The notes under the pieces were generated by a model, which did not search any database, was not told the origin of the DNA, and saw only the letters and a program-made list of their open reading frames with translations. Shown here piece by piece: positions 1-13,250 of a DNA stretch of 64,000 nucleotides; within the stretch, counting starts at the first letter, position 1, and each line of letters begins with the position of its first letter. The translations under genes and the position numbers were made by a program. The DNA is from Octopus bimaculoides (Eukaryota): positions 27,301,956 to 27,365,955 of the forward strand of contig NC_068987.1 of assembly GCF_001194135.2 (NCBI RefSeq), given 5' to 3'.

Positions 1-614
1 ATATATATGTCCGGAAATACACACATACACACACAGATATATATCGATATACACGTCACCTACGTCTAATATATAACAATAAGCCCAATGTGTATGTGTG
101 TGTCTGTGTGTGTATGTATATGTATACACATATAAACAGATGTATACACGCACACACAGGTTTATATGCAGAGAGTTACGTTTGTCCTTATGTAGTAAAG
201 AATAAGGACGTGACTATTGTAAATGTACCAAAGTAATGCGAAAGTTATTAATCTTTGCACGCTGGTGTTCTTAAATTATTGTGGGGGAAAACCAAAGGTG
301 AAGCAATACTAGATTCTTACAATAATTACTTTTATATACATTACCTTCCTTTACCACTCTCTAGATTTTGCATTATTCGTAATCTGTTATTTCATACCAC
401 ATTCATGCCATGTAAATTAGCTGAATCGACATCTATTATCCATGTTCTGATTTGGTAAATGCGTATATATTCGCATGAAATTTATGGCATCGAACTTTTA
501 AATCATATTCAAATAAATTATTTCCCAGTCAGTGATGAATTAGAAGAGAGAGAACCCATTCTTCCAGATTATTATTCACGTGATAAAAAAAATGAAACAA
601 GAACAACAAAATCA

Positions 615-1000
615 ACAATACTTTCTCCTATAGGCACAAGGGTTGTAATTTTCGAGGAGTGGGTAGTCAATTATATCGATCCTAGTACTTGACTGGTATT
701 TATATTATTGACTCCAGAAGGATGGAATGCAAAGATGACTACGGCTGAATTTGAACTCAGAACATAAAGCAAAAAGTATTGCCGCTAAGCATTTTGCTTG
801 GCGTTCTAATGATTCTACCAGCTTACCGCGTTAATAATGGTTTTTCTATTATACGCATAAGCCCTGAAGTTTTGAGGAAGGGTGCTAGTCGATTACATCG
901 ATGCTTGTACTAGATTTTCCCTATTTTATCTGCCTCGAACAATGAAAGACAAAGTTTATCTCGACTGTATTTAAAATAGAGATACGAAGTTCAAGAGGTC
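615..1000 (-). mobile_element. Two tandem decayed copies of the same core SINE
   Basis: Reverse-complement similarity to 18911-19342 (gaatttgaactcagaac, ctaagcattttg, gattctaccagc). Confidence 0.7.
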
Positions 1001-2025
1001 CGTGTACATTGCAGGCTTAGTGTAAGAAGGCAGTAGCATGTTGTAAGAGTAAACATAGATTTACTTTCAATTTACAGATTATCCATTTTAGAATTTAATC
1101 GGTCAGAGGTGTAAATTGAAGCTAATGCCTTTTTTTTGTGTGTTTTTGGTAAATAATTCTTACTTGTGGCAACTTCACTAGTGGCACAGATTAAGTTATC
1201 TAATAGGAGAAGAAAAATAAAATTGAAAGGTATAATTCTATAAAAGAATATAAATTATAGAAAATAGTGTTTTATAGGTCCTAAATATTAGTTTCGAGCG
1301 TATCATTAGAGTAAAGCAGAGAATAAATTCTTCGTTATCGTAGAATTGTTATATTTTCGACTATGAAGATGTACAACTGTTGAATATTATATACAGAAAA
1401 TATATGAATATATTCATGTATGTGTTATCTTTTTTGATGAAAATATTAATATTCAAACTGGGAATTTCGCAGAGTCGATAAAATGGTGAAAAAAATAATA
1501 AAAAAGGTAAAAAAAAAGACAAATTCAATGCGCTCTATTTTAATTTTCGTTGATCGTTGGGAGTAAGACCTAATTAGGTATTCAAAATTATTCAGGGCTG
1601 TAGTGAAGGGAAGATTGCATAGAAATTTGGTAAGATAAATACAGTAAGGCACTGGAAGAGACAAACAGTGTGTAGTGCGAAATCGAGAAAGGAAACAAAT
1701 AAATGCTAAAAAAAGAAAGAACGCAAAACGTAAGAAGGAAAAGCATACTGAGAAATATAACTAGCAAATTATTCAAACAATTATTGTTGTTTTTGTCCCC
1801 CTCAATTCAACTTCATACTGACAAGAATGCAAATATTATTTTAAAAGAAGAAAAGGAAAAATTATATGACAATGGGATCGATTTAAAAATAAAAAAATAA
1901 AAGAGAGTAGGAAACAACCATAGAATAAAGAAGTTCAATACTTTTGCGAAATTATTTTCGTTCGCTTTCTTATGCCATTGCCGATTCTCAATTTTGCCTT
2001 CCACCTCTTCTTTTGCAACACACTC

Positions 2026-2097
<72 letters not shown>
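2026..2097. repeat. (ATT)n microsatellite
   Basis: Direct reading. Confidence 0.98.
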
Positions 2098-3479
2098 CTT
2101 TAACTTCTCTTATGTTCTAACACTTTCCCCTCTCACGTACGCTTTGATAGATTTTTACTATTTGGTTTCTCTTTCCCCTTCATCTTTCTTTATCGCATTC
2201 TTCTTTCCATTTTCAATGATTATATGATTATTTACATTTATTTTCTTAACTTACCTTTCCTACAAAGTACTCGTTTTCTATAATAAAGTGGAATTCTGTG
2301 ACAAATCGAATCAAAGGATCCTATACAGTGAATTTATAAATCACTCAGCTGTCCATTACATATAAACTTTCAAATCATATTAACTTTGGACAGTTTTTGC
2401 AATAAAATATGAATACATATTATTTATACGATAACGCATGTTTTTGTTTTTCTTATTCACCACAAGATATTTCATTTTCACGAATAGTTATGAGAGATAC
2501 TACTTACAAGCAGTAAATAACTGAGGTGATTTTTTGTATGTGAGGAAGATGCTTTTATTATTACAAGATAACATAGGAATGAAGCGAGGTCGCATATGTA
2601 CATGTATGGGTGTGTGCGCGCGCACGTGTGTGTATGCGTATGCGTTTGTGTCTATACACTCACATATTTATCAGCTACACCACTACGTCTTGTATCTGTT
2701 TTTTCTTGCACATAGTCTCTCTTTCACTCTTTCTATCGTTTTCTCTCCAAACAATAGCTAATTTGATTAGGTGCCTATTCATGTGAGTATGCAATAAAAT
2801 ATATAGTTGAAGACATACATAGATAAAGAAATAACATCATGTATTGTGAAAACTAAGAAATATCAAATGAAATGAGCCACTTGTTAGATTTTTTCCTTTT
2901 TTGTATTTTTATTGGCTCATTGATATTTTCTTGCCTTATAGGTTTTTATAAAATGATTTTTTTCCTGATGTTTAAGGTAGTAACCACCTGAATGTGCTAT
3001 AAGATGCATTTTGCTTTTGTACTAAACTTAACATGTGTGCTGTATGCTGACTCAAGCATTGTTGTTTTCTAGTAACTTAGGTTGTAAATTCAGAGAAAAG
3101 TTTCTTAGTTTTCTATTATACAATCAACAATGTAAATGTTAAGGAAACTAGTTTATTCTTAATGCAAATAATTAAGCAAATGAATACAGAACATTTCATA
3201 TACAGAGTTAATAATTTCACGCGCATTTTAATACATTGATTTGTTTTGAGAAGCAAAATACCACCTTTTCAAAAAAAGTTCTATATTAAACGAAATCAAT
3301 CCTAATATATAAATGATACACAATTTTCTCACTTCAGAATTGTGGAAAGGAACGGTACTTCTGATGCAGCTTTAATAGAGAATTTAGAGGGCTGAAACTA
3401 AATGATGTAAAACAATTCTCCAGAATGAAGGACTATAATTAAAAAAGAGATATGAGATATAGCAAAATATTACGCGATA

Positions 3480-3800
3480 ATGTCAAATTAATCCAGTTCT
3501 TCGCTTAAATTGAATGTAGGATGAAATATGACCTGGCAACAGATTTAATTGAAATGATTGAAATAATTAAGTATCAAATCGAAGCAAACTGCCAACAGAT
3601 TAGTAGGAAGAAATGGCATTGAAATTCTCTAAATAAACGAAATCCATTTGGCGAACACCATGAAATGCTGTAATATCATGCTATAACAAAAGCAATATAA
3701 GATATTCCAATTGAAACATATATGTAGAGTTTGCTGATGATGTAATGGGGTACATATGTCGTCATTACAGAATAAAACGCTCAACATATGAGAGGAGTGA
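3480..3800 (+). mobile_element. Possible decayed LINE RT remnant
   Basis: VEFADDVM with FADD at 3730-3741; surroundings have many stops. Confidence 0.3.
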
Positions 3801-4831
3801 TAATCAGATCAACACAAGCAAATAGGAAATAATCTGTGTAAAACAACAACGACGACAACAACAACAATGTATACCTTATAACAAAATACTTGTAGCTCAA
3901 AAATTTCAAAAATGCTTAAGGGAAGCTGTTGTACAAGTTAGCCATTGAGCAAACATGCGCATTTAATACTAATGGTTCAACACACCCAAGTATACAAACA
4001 TACACACAAAACCGGACCATATAAAAATGAAATTTATCATCAAATGTGAGTGTCATACATGATTTCAGAAGTACACTTAAATAACGACCTTTGGCGACAT
4101 TTATAACAATCATAGGGAGATGTATATGCAGTAATATGGATGGGTAGATATTTATGTAAGACTAGCAGTAAAGATGTGCATCTAGCTCATCTAGCGCTAA
4201 CAATAACACACAAACAAATAGGCAACAAAACTGTCAAGTAGATTTAATATTGCAGATATACCTTCAAAAGGTATTTGACAATGCATCACTAAAGTGACAC
4301 ATGAGCAATGTAGAACGCATGGTCTGGATGAGAAAGTAACAGTATTTATTGCATAGTGAGTTTCTGAAAGAAAATGTTGGTATATTCTCTGGTAACTCAC
4401 CTTGTTTCATCTCATATGATTTACGTTAGCCTCTGTTACCATTTATAAGACATTAAATACTATCGAAGAACAAGAATTTACATTGCTAGTCAAAATAGGA
4501 TGGGTGTTCAGTATGAACAGTAACCTCAGAGTGTATATGGAGAATAATATATTTAAAGAATTGCAGTGTAAACTGCACGAGGGAAAGGGATATCATGTGT
4601 GTGAAACAGAATAACATGTCTAGAAAGAAATGCGTGTGAAATATAGTAGATTCCAACATAAAAATAAAATCACAGGATGAGATCGCTCCTTAGAATACAA
4701 TGTGAAGGGTTATGTCCTACAGCGAGCCGTCTTAAATCACAATCGAAATTTCTTCATTAATATTTAAAGACCCGTTACAAGTAATATTGATTGAAAATCA
4801 CAACTACTATTAATGCCGATTGTAACTGCTT

Positions 4832-4956
4832 CAACAGCAACAACAACAACAACGAACAACAGCAGCAGCAGCAGCTGGTGCTTCAACTACTACTACTACC
4901 ACCACCACCACCAACACCACCACCACCACCACCACCACCACCACCANNNNNNNNNN

Positions 4957-4991
<35 letters not shown>

Positions 4992-5015
4992 GCTGCTGTT
5001 GCTGCTGCTGCTGCT
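4832..5015. repeat. Compound trinucleotide microsatellite (CAA/CAG/TAC/CAC/TAC/TGC)
   Basis: Direct reading; a 10-N gap lies inside. Confidence 0.95.
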
Positions 5016-5479
5016 ACCGATCATACTCATACATTCTTCATTTACCACAAGGGCAGCAAAAACATTTAGGACAATACAGAGATAAAGGACGGTAGGTATT
5101 TACATAATCGCGTGTAAACAATGAAAACAATAACAATTAAGAAGAAAATTATTATAAAATTCACTCAGAAGCGACCAAGGTACCACACAGTACACGAATA
5201 ATTTTGGTCACCAGAAGGACAATGACAAATTTCGGTTCTCGGCACTTTCTAACCTACAGGCGCGTACTGAACATAACTTCATTCACTCATGCCATTCAAG
5301 CTGTAGTCACCCAATAGGAATGGAAGGAAGTGATTCTCTTTCCACCTTCATATTACTTTCCAAGTGAAAGTTGTAAAGTACATGAGAGTCTGACTTAAAA
5401 GGAATGTGTCTGTTTTCAGATTTTAATTTCGTTCACGAAACAATCTTTTATACCATAACCACGGTACATAAGCAAACTG

Positions 5480-6810
5480 TAAACCGTTCCCATCCAAAGG
5501 AAAGCGGTTAAGCGATTTTCACAATGGGGTCGGCTGATATCCGTATCCCTGTTGCACACGATAATAGCTGTTTGACATAAATTCATAAGCCTTCAATTAT
5601 GAGCGCGTGCAAGATGGTTCATCACTCTGTGCACATCTCAAGCAGCTTCGGTTGGCGATAATATCCCGAAACAGAAATTGCCATGCAGGTAACATTGTTA
5701 GGACAGAGATTTCTAAAATGTAATCCTTGGATCGCAGCATGGAAGTCCCCAATTGTCGTTGAAACCAGGGTTTCCCTCCTGAGATGTCATCACTACTATC
5801 CACTGTAATCCTCAATCATGACGGAACATTCATCAACCATATTAACCAACCTGCAGAAGGCTGTGAGAGCGTGACCGTTGCCGAACCCTGATCCAGGCCT
5901 GTAGCTCTGTCTAAGAGACAAGATACAGAAATGAAGTATGTCAAACGGTAACCACATTTTCTCTCTGCCAAGAAAACGATGGAAATGTCGTAGACACAGA
6001 GCATGTCTGTGCACTGTTATTCACGATATTATCAGCCCGTCACAATGTAGATATACAGTCTTACCAGCGGAATAGGATTCCATATTTTGGTTAACTATGA
6101 AGTACAGCTGTTCACGACGGCCCGACAGTAGTCGATGACGTATGCAATGAAGACATTTGCCACGCCAGCCTTACACTTCAAAGATACTTTCCTGTCAGCT
6201 CATTTCTGAGTGAGACTTGCCATCCTGCTTATCCATTTTTCCAAATTCATGTTCGCCTGGATATCTGTACGAAACGAAATCTCGAGCAATTTCACGGTCC
6301 AGTCCGGCTGTTTATCTGGACACCGCTCTGTAAATGTCTGGTGGTTGGAATTTGCCTGTAGAGGGGTTTGATTCTTTCCGACACACTTCCCTATAGTTTA
6401 CGCAATACTCTTTCATCGAAGGTCTAAAATACAACCATAATCACCTACTAGTACCAAGGAGAGGGATATTCTAGAAAAATTCCTTGATATTTATGGCTGT
6501 CCGGCCACTCAGTCTACATGGGTGCATATTCTACAACTAGATCCTGCCTCTACTTGACATCGTTTAAATCTAGTACCTCCATCTTATCACCAGGATTAAA
6601 TAAAGCTCTTCGCAATTCAAGACCAATTGTTTACGTAAAAGCACTGCTGTACCACTGCCTGGTCCCGTTACACAACAATACTAGTATTCTTTGTAGTCGC
6701 GAAATCTGGGTTTGCATGCTTGTTTTCCAGAAATCCTTGTCTCAGGGATGCCTACTACATCTACGTCCAGTGATCTGAGGGTTTGACCTCGCTTCCGAAT
6801 ATTACATTGT
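5480..6810 (-). mobile_element. Decayed Tx1/L1-clade LINE, APE endonuclease region
   Basis: Minus-strand motifs in order: LDVDVVGIPETRI, GSGTAVLLRK, LVVEYAP, LVLVGDYGCILD, later GKPWFQRQLGTSML. Many stops and frameshifts; GC higher than the flanks. Confidence 0.7.
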
Positions 6811-8082
6811 TTTAAACATCCCACTCTGAGAGACAAAATGTATACTGGAGAAAGTAGAGAGAACGGTTATTCAACCTGTTGTCAGAAAGGGTGGCGGATT
6901 TGTGTGCTTCTTCAGGAGTGTGTTCCTGAAACGTTTCATGTAAGAGTATATTGTTTACAGTTATTCGGAAACTCGCAATACTTTCTGGGAAATTGTCCAA
7001 GATTGTGAATTAACTGTCTGTTTTTGAATGCTTACTGGATAAATTTCAGAAATGCTTTCGTTTCTGCTATATCATCATTTTATTGTTTTGTGTTTTAGTC
7101 GACCAATTCGATGTTGTTTCTGTTTATAATGGTGAAGTGTAAGATATCTCCTATGTGAATATTTGGTTGTGTTTGGTTTTGCTGGTAATGTTTTTCTTGA
7201 TGTTTTTTTCTTGTAGTTTGCTCTTGTTTCATATTGTGATTTTGTTGTTAAGCTTGCATATTATCTGCTGTTGTTGATATTATTGTGGCAATGTAGAAGA
7301 TTTGGTTGTTGCAATGGTAGTTTGTGATTAGGTTTTGTTCTTCTAGTTGTTGTTTTGGTGCTTGCGCTGGTAGGTGACTGTTTATTGTGGTTATGTTGTT
7401 CTGTCCTCATTCGTGTTGTTTGTGGTGGGATTATGGCTTCTCATCTCATCTTTCTTAGTACTAGTATCGTCTTCCACTCTCTGGGTTCGACATTCTTCTC
7501 CTAGTTGTTTGAATATGATTCATACTGCACGATGACTGATTGTTGTGTCACTCCTTTGTATAGTCTTAGTCTGCTGCTATTGTGGCTACAGCAGTTGATG
7601 ATGTAGTTGTAGAATAGGCAGTAAATGAGGGTTTAGTTCGTTTTGTCAAGCAACAAAAAGTCTTCTGGTGGGTGGTGCTTCCACAAATACATTCGGGATC
7701 GTAAGTAAAATTTCAGAAGTGATCAGCAAAGATATTTTTACTTTTAGGTTATACCAATACTTGTGTGGGTGGTGTCATACTCGTACTACACTAATTATAG
7801 TCTCAAATAATTAATGTCCATTTCAAGTGGTACTTTGCTTAGTCTTATCTCACACGCTTCCCTAAATACGAGCGCAGAATTACATACTCCTCAGAAAAGC
7901 ACGCATGTGTGGATATTTATAATTATTCTTGCTCAGATTGCTACAACCGGCTATTAATGCCTTTAAAGATGTCATATGAGACTCATACGTCCACCAAGCA
8001 CTTCCTGTTTATACAGAGGTTGGCATATTAGCTCCTCTAATTCTTGCTTTTCCATTGTTTGTAGGTAAATAATAATAATGGA

Positions 8083-8282
8083 ATTCTATATTTAAGAGAA
8101 GAGGAATTATGTACCTTATTTACATTTGACGGATATTTGTGCTCATCTCGTTTGTTGTTAACACAACGCTTCGGCTGATATACCCTGCAGCCTTCATCAG
8201 GTGTCTTGGAGAAATTTCGAACCTGGTTCCTCATTCCTAAGGTATTTTTCGATGTTGTTGTTGTTGTTGTTGTTATTATTAC

Positions 8283-8336
<54 letters not shown>

Positions 8337-8417
8337 CATCATTATTATTATTCAGGAATCGAACTCGGAATCTTGAGGTTAGTAGCCCACGCTCATAACC
8401 ACTACGCCATATGCCCG
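8083..8417 (-). mobile_element. tRNA-head / (AAT)n / hammerhead-tail SINE-like element, near full length
   Basis: Minus strand reads cgggcatatggcgtagtggttatgagcgtgggctactaacctcaagattccgagttcgattcc (A box TGGCGTAGTGG, B box GAGTTCGATTCC), then (AAT)n(AAC)n, then a ~165-nt tail that matches 56110-56281, 61302-61440 and 62620-62794 by eye. Confidence 0.85.
8160..8205 (-). ncRNA. Minimal type I hammerhead ribozyme motif (degenerate, GAAG instead of GAAA)
   Basis: Reverse complement: GACAC CTGATGA A GGCTG cagggtatat CAGCC GAAG CG TT GTGTT. Stem I GACAC/GTGTT and stem II GGCTG/CAGCC are intact; A15.1 is changed to G. Confidence 0.7.
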
Positions 8418-8515
8418 TTGATGAAGGCTAGAGGTTTTATCAGCCGAAACGTTGTATTGACAGCAAACAAGATTAGGACAAATATCCATCAAATGTAAAT
8501 ATTGTAAATAATGTA
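8418..8515 (+). mobile_element. Inverted, truncated copy of the hammerhead tail abutting the 5' end of the 8083-8417 element
   Basis: ttgatgaaggctagaggttttatcagccgaaacgttgtattgacagcaaacaagattaggacaaatatccatcaaatgtaaat...aatgta is the reverse complement of the 8114-8198 tail, with substitutions. Confidence 0.85.
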
Positions 8516-8534
8516 ATGATAATGAGTTCACATT

Positions 8535-8680
8535 TTAGCACAGGGAAGTTTTTGAGGAGAAGATTAGATTGATCCCAGTACATGATTGGTTCTTATTTTT
8601 TCGATTTGGGATTGTGAAACGCAAAGTCCACCTAAGCGGGATTTTAGCTCAAAACGTTAAGACGGACGAAATGCTGTTCA
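8535..8680 (-). mobile_element. Decayed core SINE fragment
   Basis: gatcccagtacatgattggttcttatt..gcaaagtccacctaagcgggattttagctcaaaacgttaagacggacgaaatgc. Confidence 0.55.
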
Positions 8681-9359
8681 CTTTATAATTTTCCCGCAAA
8701 ATCATGCTACAAATGTGTTACAAGATGTGAAGCAGTAGTACATATGAAAAAAAAAAACAGTAGAGACAGTAGTACATATAACAAACAAAGAAAAATAGAA
8801 AGTAAGACAAATATATGAGTACACAAAATAACTACATGCAATTTGAAAAGAGAAACTTGAGGACATCCCACTGATTCACAGCTCTGAATTCCTCTCCTAA
8901 CAAGATGTCGTCAGAATTTATATATATCGAGAGAGANNNNNNNNNNNNNNNNNNNNNNNNNNNNNNNNNNNNNNNNNNNNNNNNNNNNNNNNNNNNNNNN
9001 NNNNNNNNNNNNNNNNNNNNNNNNNNNNNNNNNNNNNNNNNNNNNNNNNNNNNNNNNNNNNNNNNNNNNNNNNNNNNNNNNNNNNNNNNNNNNNNNNNNN
9101 NNNNNNNNNNNNNNNNNNNNNNNNNNNNNNNNNNNNNNNNNNNTCATAATGCTAAGAAATTTAAAAAGAAAAAAAGTTATTTTAGTTATGTGAATTTAAT
9201 GTAAAACGTCCCAGCAAAGCATTATATAATATATTTTATAAATTTACGCTAAGCATCTCATTTTCAACAGCACCTAACGTACCTGATAACATTGGCTAAT
9301 CTAGTAAGATAACTCTAATTCTAAGAGAAATGCAAAAACTCTTATTTTATATTATTCAG

Positions 9360-9437
9360 TAAACTGAAACTTAAAACGAAAATTCTCAATATGCGAAGTA
9401 TGGATGTGTTCCTGACAAGAATACTTCCAGCCCAATG
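9360..9437 (+). CDS. Candidate internal coding exon, unknown product (KLKLKTKILNMRSMDVFLTRILPAQW)
   Basis: Acceptor cttattttatattattcag, donor TG|gtaaga, 78 nt, phase 2-2, open frame; no homology recognised. Confidence 0.3.
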
Positions 9438-10780
9438 GTAAGAGCGCTGGTTCTGTAACAAAACAAAAAGCCCACATACTTTACCGTCAGTAGTTCTTAT
9501 ATGTACTGATATTGGTCTTCCCAAACTCTCATGCAAAAACTGATAGGTAAAATCGGCTGAAATAGGTCTATAATACTGTAATGTACTTATAATTGATCTG
9601 CCCATTCTACTGAAAAATAAGTGAGGGCCTATTTGTTCTACCATGTCGATTCTTAGACTATGTTGTTACGTATTTATGTATGGATGTAAATATTCACAAT
9701 CATACAATATCATTTCAAGGAAATGCCGATTCTGCTCTGAGGAATCCCTGTATATTCTGTAGACCACTGAGAAGATAATTAATAGAATTTCTGAGAGGCT
9801 TTCAAGATGTCTAGATTCATATAAATGTACTTTCGCACAATGCAGTGGGAATGAATTTGTGTAACTGTTAATATAATTTACTTTAAGGTATAGATAAATT
9901 AAGTTTACATTTAACCTCCCCATTCTTATAAACACCAAGTAGCTATTTAACCCGCTATGTGAACGTGTGTGCACTAAACCATATGTGTGCGTATGCTTAC
10001 ATCTTCGTGGACGCTTGTATGAGCAGAATATCACTCTGTCGATTTTCGGTTTCATATTCCTTTTGCATTTCCTATGAAAACGTATATAAAATCAAAGATA
10101 TCATTTAGGTGAGAAGCACTTGTCTTTTTAAAAAAAAACAAACGAAAAAGACCAGTCGCTTTAATTTTAAAATAATGAAATCGAATCTATAAGTGATCCA
10201 TTCTTAATTTTTGTCTTCCAGATTTAAGTTGCAAATGACGAATTAGGAGGTTAATGCATTTGAATGGAGAACGATAATATAAACAAGTGTATCAATAATT
10301 ATTAATGTCAGTCTCGAATTCTAACCTACGTAGCTAAATTGTATCAAGAATTGTGTGTAACTAGTAAGTATGAACGTATGAATGTGATAACGACATGACT
10401 TTAAACATTTGTAAGAATTTATTGAACAATATATGTGAAATGTGAAATATAAAAGTAGTATAATATATATTGCCTTCGCCTTATTTGAAGAATATTTAAT
10501 TTCTTTAAAACAAAATTGTTATAACCATCTTAGGATTTCAAACTGAGTAACGAGAAGAGGATCGACATGTAAAGGAGACATGACTCAGGAGAATAGGATG
10601 CAGCAAAGATTGAAAATGTAGTTTTGGGGATGAGCATAGTGAAGAGTGGGGGTTGTTCACTATGAAAAGAAAGAACAAACAACATTATTTGGATTTATAT
10701 AATTCTATTGTTTTAGATAGCTCTTAAGACTAAGTATTTTGATTACATATATGGATATACATTTATTAGTATATGTCTAT

Positions 10781-10824
<44 letters not shown>

Positions 10825-10834
10825 NNNNNNNNNN

Positions 10835-10874
<40 letters not shown>

Positions 10875-11195
10875 ATGTGTGTGTGTGCGCGTGCGCGAGC
10901 GCATTCTTTTAAAATTGTCTGAAGAATTCACGTGCAATTATTTGTTTTCTTTTGGAAGTTGTAAGTTTTCATTTAAAATTCATCATTGTTTCTTGCATTA
11001 TCGTTCACTGGAATGCTGAAATATTGAATTTTCTTGTAGATTTTGCATCTTGTCGCCTAATAATCTTTATTTAGATGCACACATACATATTAATAAATTG
11101 ATAGATGACTTAATATACGTTTGCCAATATTTGCTTGATTTGAAGTAATTTGTTCTTGTTTATTTTCATTTTCAACTTTTCTTTTTATATTTCAG

Positions 11196-11269
11196 AACTT
11201 TTAAGGAAATGTGTCTATGATTATGATGCATTTGATTTACTTACCAACGGAAGCCTGCTAATAATTTGA
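11196..11269 (+). CDS. Candidate terminal exon (xLLRKCVYDYDAFDLLTNGSLLII*)
   Basis: Very long polypyrimidine acceptor ending ttcag; open phase-1 frame to TGA, overlapping AATAAA at 11269-11274. Confidence 0.25.
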
Positions 11270-11516
11270 ATAAAACCGATATTTAAATTCATTCAGTTTC
11301 GTGGTATTAATTCATAAATTATTAAAAAATTTGAATTTTCATATTTGATGGACTCATACAGACATGAGTTGAAGTGGAGTTGGGTACAAATGCATTCGTT
11401 CACACATAAATTGCACATTCAGTTACTCATAACATTACTGCTTCAAGCACATAACATTACAACATACATACATATGTACAGACACTAACACACATACACA
11501 AACACACACAAACACG

Positions 11517-11552
<36 letters not shown>

Positions 11553-13089
11553 CAAAGAGAAATCTAAAAGTGGATGTATTAATATTTATGATACTATGCA
11601 CATAGAAAAATATTTGTTTACATTTGGTAATAGCTTGTATTCTAGTTTTACCCATGCACAAAAGATAAAATTCAAAGTTATGGGGTTTGAAAACGACTTA
11701 ATATGTTCTTCACTAGTTATTGACAAACTGAAAGAGAAATTTCAAATTGGTAGGTAAATTTGTTGCCCGCATACCACTAATTATTTTTTGATCTAGTCAC
11801 TACCGTGCAAATTTAGAACTGAAAAATTAAGTTGTTGGTGTTATTATAGTTGCCATGACTGCATCACATGCAGGTTGAGACAAAAGTATCATTGAGTGGT
11901 CCATTTTCTTTCTGAAAAAAATTTCAAATTTATTTCAAGATATGCCTTAATTGTAGTGGAATAAAATTTCCCAAACAGTCTGTTTAATTTTCAGTTGGCT
12001 TTCTTTTTCATATCGTAATGTTTTTTTGCGCCTTCAGAAGAAAAACATTTCAGATGCATATGCTTAGCCTTTTCATAATCTAGTCAACGCCAGCACAACA
12101 GCTCTTAAAAGTATCGTTGTTAAGAACAAACATTTAATATTTCTATGAACCAAGTTTATGATTATAGCAAATGTTTCTATACATCAACTTCCAATTTCTC
12201 GAGATTTCACCAATGACAATTGTTATCATAAATAAATCTAATGTCTTCAGCAGGGGCTCTCGCCATTTGATGCCAAAAAACATCTGTATCAAAAGCTATT
12301 CACTCTAGAGCCATGTTATATATAAAGCTTTAGTGTTGGTCGTTGCGTGTCCCACATTTCTGACAACCGCTCGTTTCTTGCGTGTATTTCAAATATAAAC
12401 ATTTTTCTGACGGGTGATTACGAATGTTTTAATTGTATACGCTGTTGTCTCTTGTTAGGTTTGTGGTGGTCTTGATATGCTTCATCATTAGATTTTTTCG
12501 CAAGAAAATGCTATTTCATTACCTTAGTTAACCAAGATTTCATGGAAAAATGTAGAGTGAGTGGTTCTAGGATTTATCTTGCACATACACTAATAATGTC
12601 AATTCTGTTGCGGTTGATTTAATTAGTTGATTTATTATGATGATTTTGAACATATTTTAGTCATCCGTCTGTTAAACTAAACCATGTCATGGGCTACTTT
12701 AACGTTATCTTTAACAAAGTATGTGTAGCTAGCACATTTATGACACATTTGCGGCTACATTAATTGGTGAAACCATTCGTAAACAGACTATAGCGGTAAG
12801 CTATTGTTTCCAACCAGAATGTCTTCAATAGATTTTGACACTTCATATTCAGAAAATGGAACATAAAACGCAGCTGCTCCTTAGATCAATCGAAAAACCA
12901 AGTGGCCATGTTTAACGTATTATCAAAAGCATAATTATTGATATTTCCGCTTCCAACCTGCATTGTAATGATTAAATAGACATCAGACTCTGTGATGTGC
13001 GCTTCTAATTTCCAGCAATTAATAATAGTATAAGTTTAGTGTTGGTGTGAGGACTTGTGTATGCATATATATATATATATATATATATA

Positions 13090-13250
13090 TTATTTTACTC
13101 TTTTGCTGGTTTCAGTCATTTGACTGCAGCCATGCTGGAGCACCGCCTTTAGTCGAGCAAATCGATCTCAAGACTTATTCTTTGTAAGTCAACTGGAACT
13201 ATGTGATTGGGAAGCGAGCTTCTTATCACACGGCCACGCCTACGCCTTAT
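13090..13250. mobile_element. Junction of two short repeat fragments in opposite orientation
   Basis: Plus-strand ttttactc..tttcagtcatttgactgcagccatgctggagcaccgcc (related to 36590-36650 and 42945-42965), joined to the reverse complement of a tRNA-like head (ggcgtaggcgtggccgtgtgataagaagctcgc). Confidence 0.5.

Noticed and set aside
1994-2227. Poly-I/L/S/H-T/R-E ORFs across the window
   Set aside because: They are translations of microsatellites.
3734-3780. CTGATGA + 7-bp hairpin (tgtaatg/cattaca) + GAAT: hammerhead look-alike
   Set aside because: GAAA is absent, there is no stem I or NUH site, and it overlaps a FADD RT-like word.
11900-13000. Possible Helitron/DNA-transposon relic (RTTHSTF-like word)
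   Set aside because: Single weak motif; the other helicase motifs were not found.
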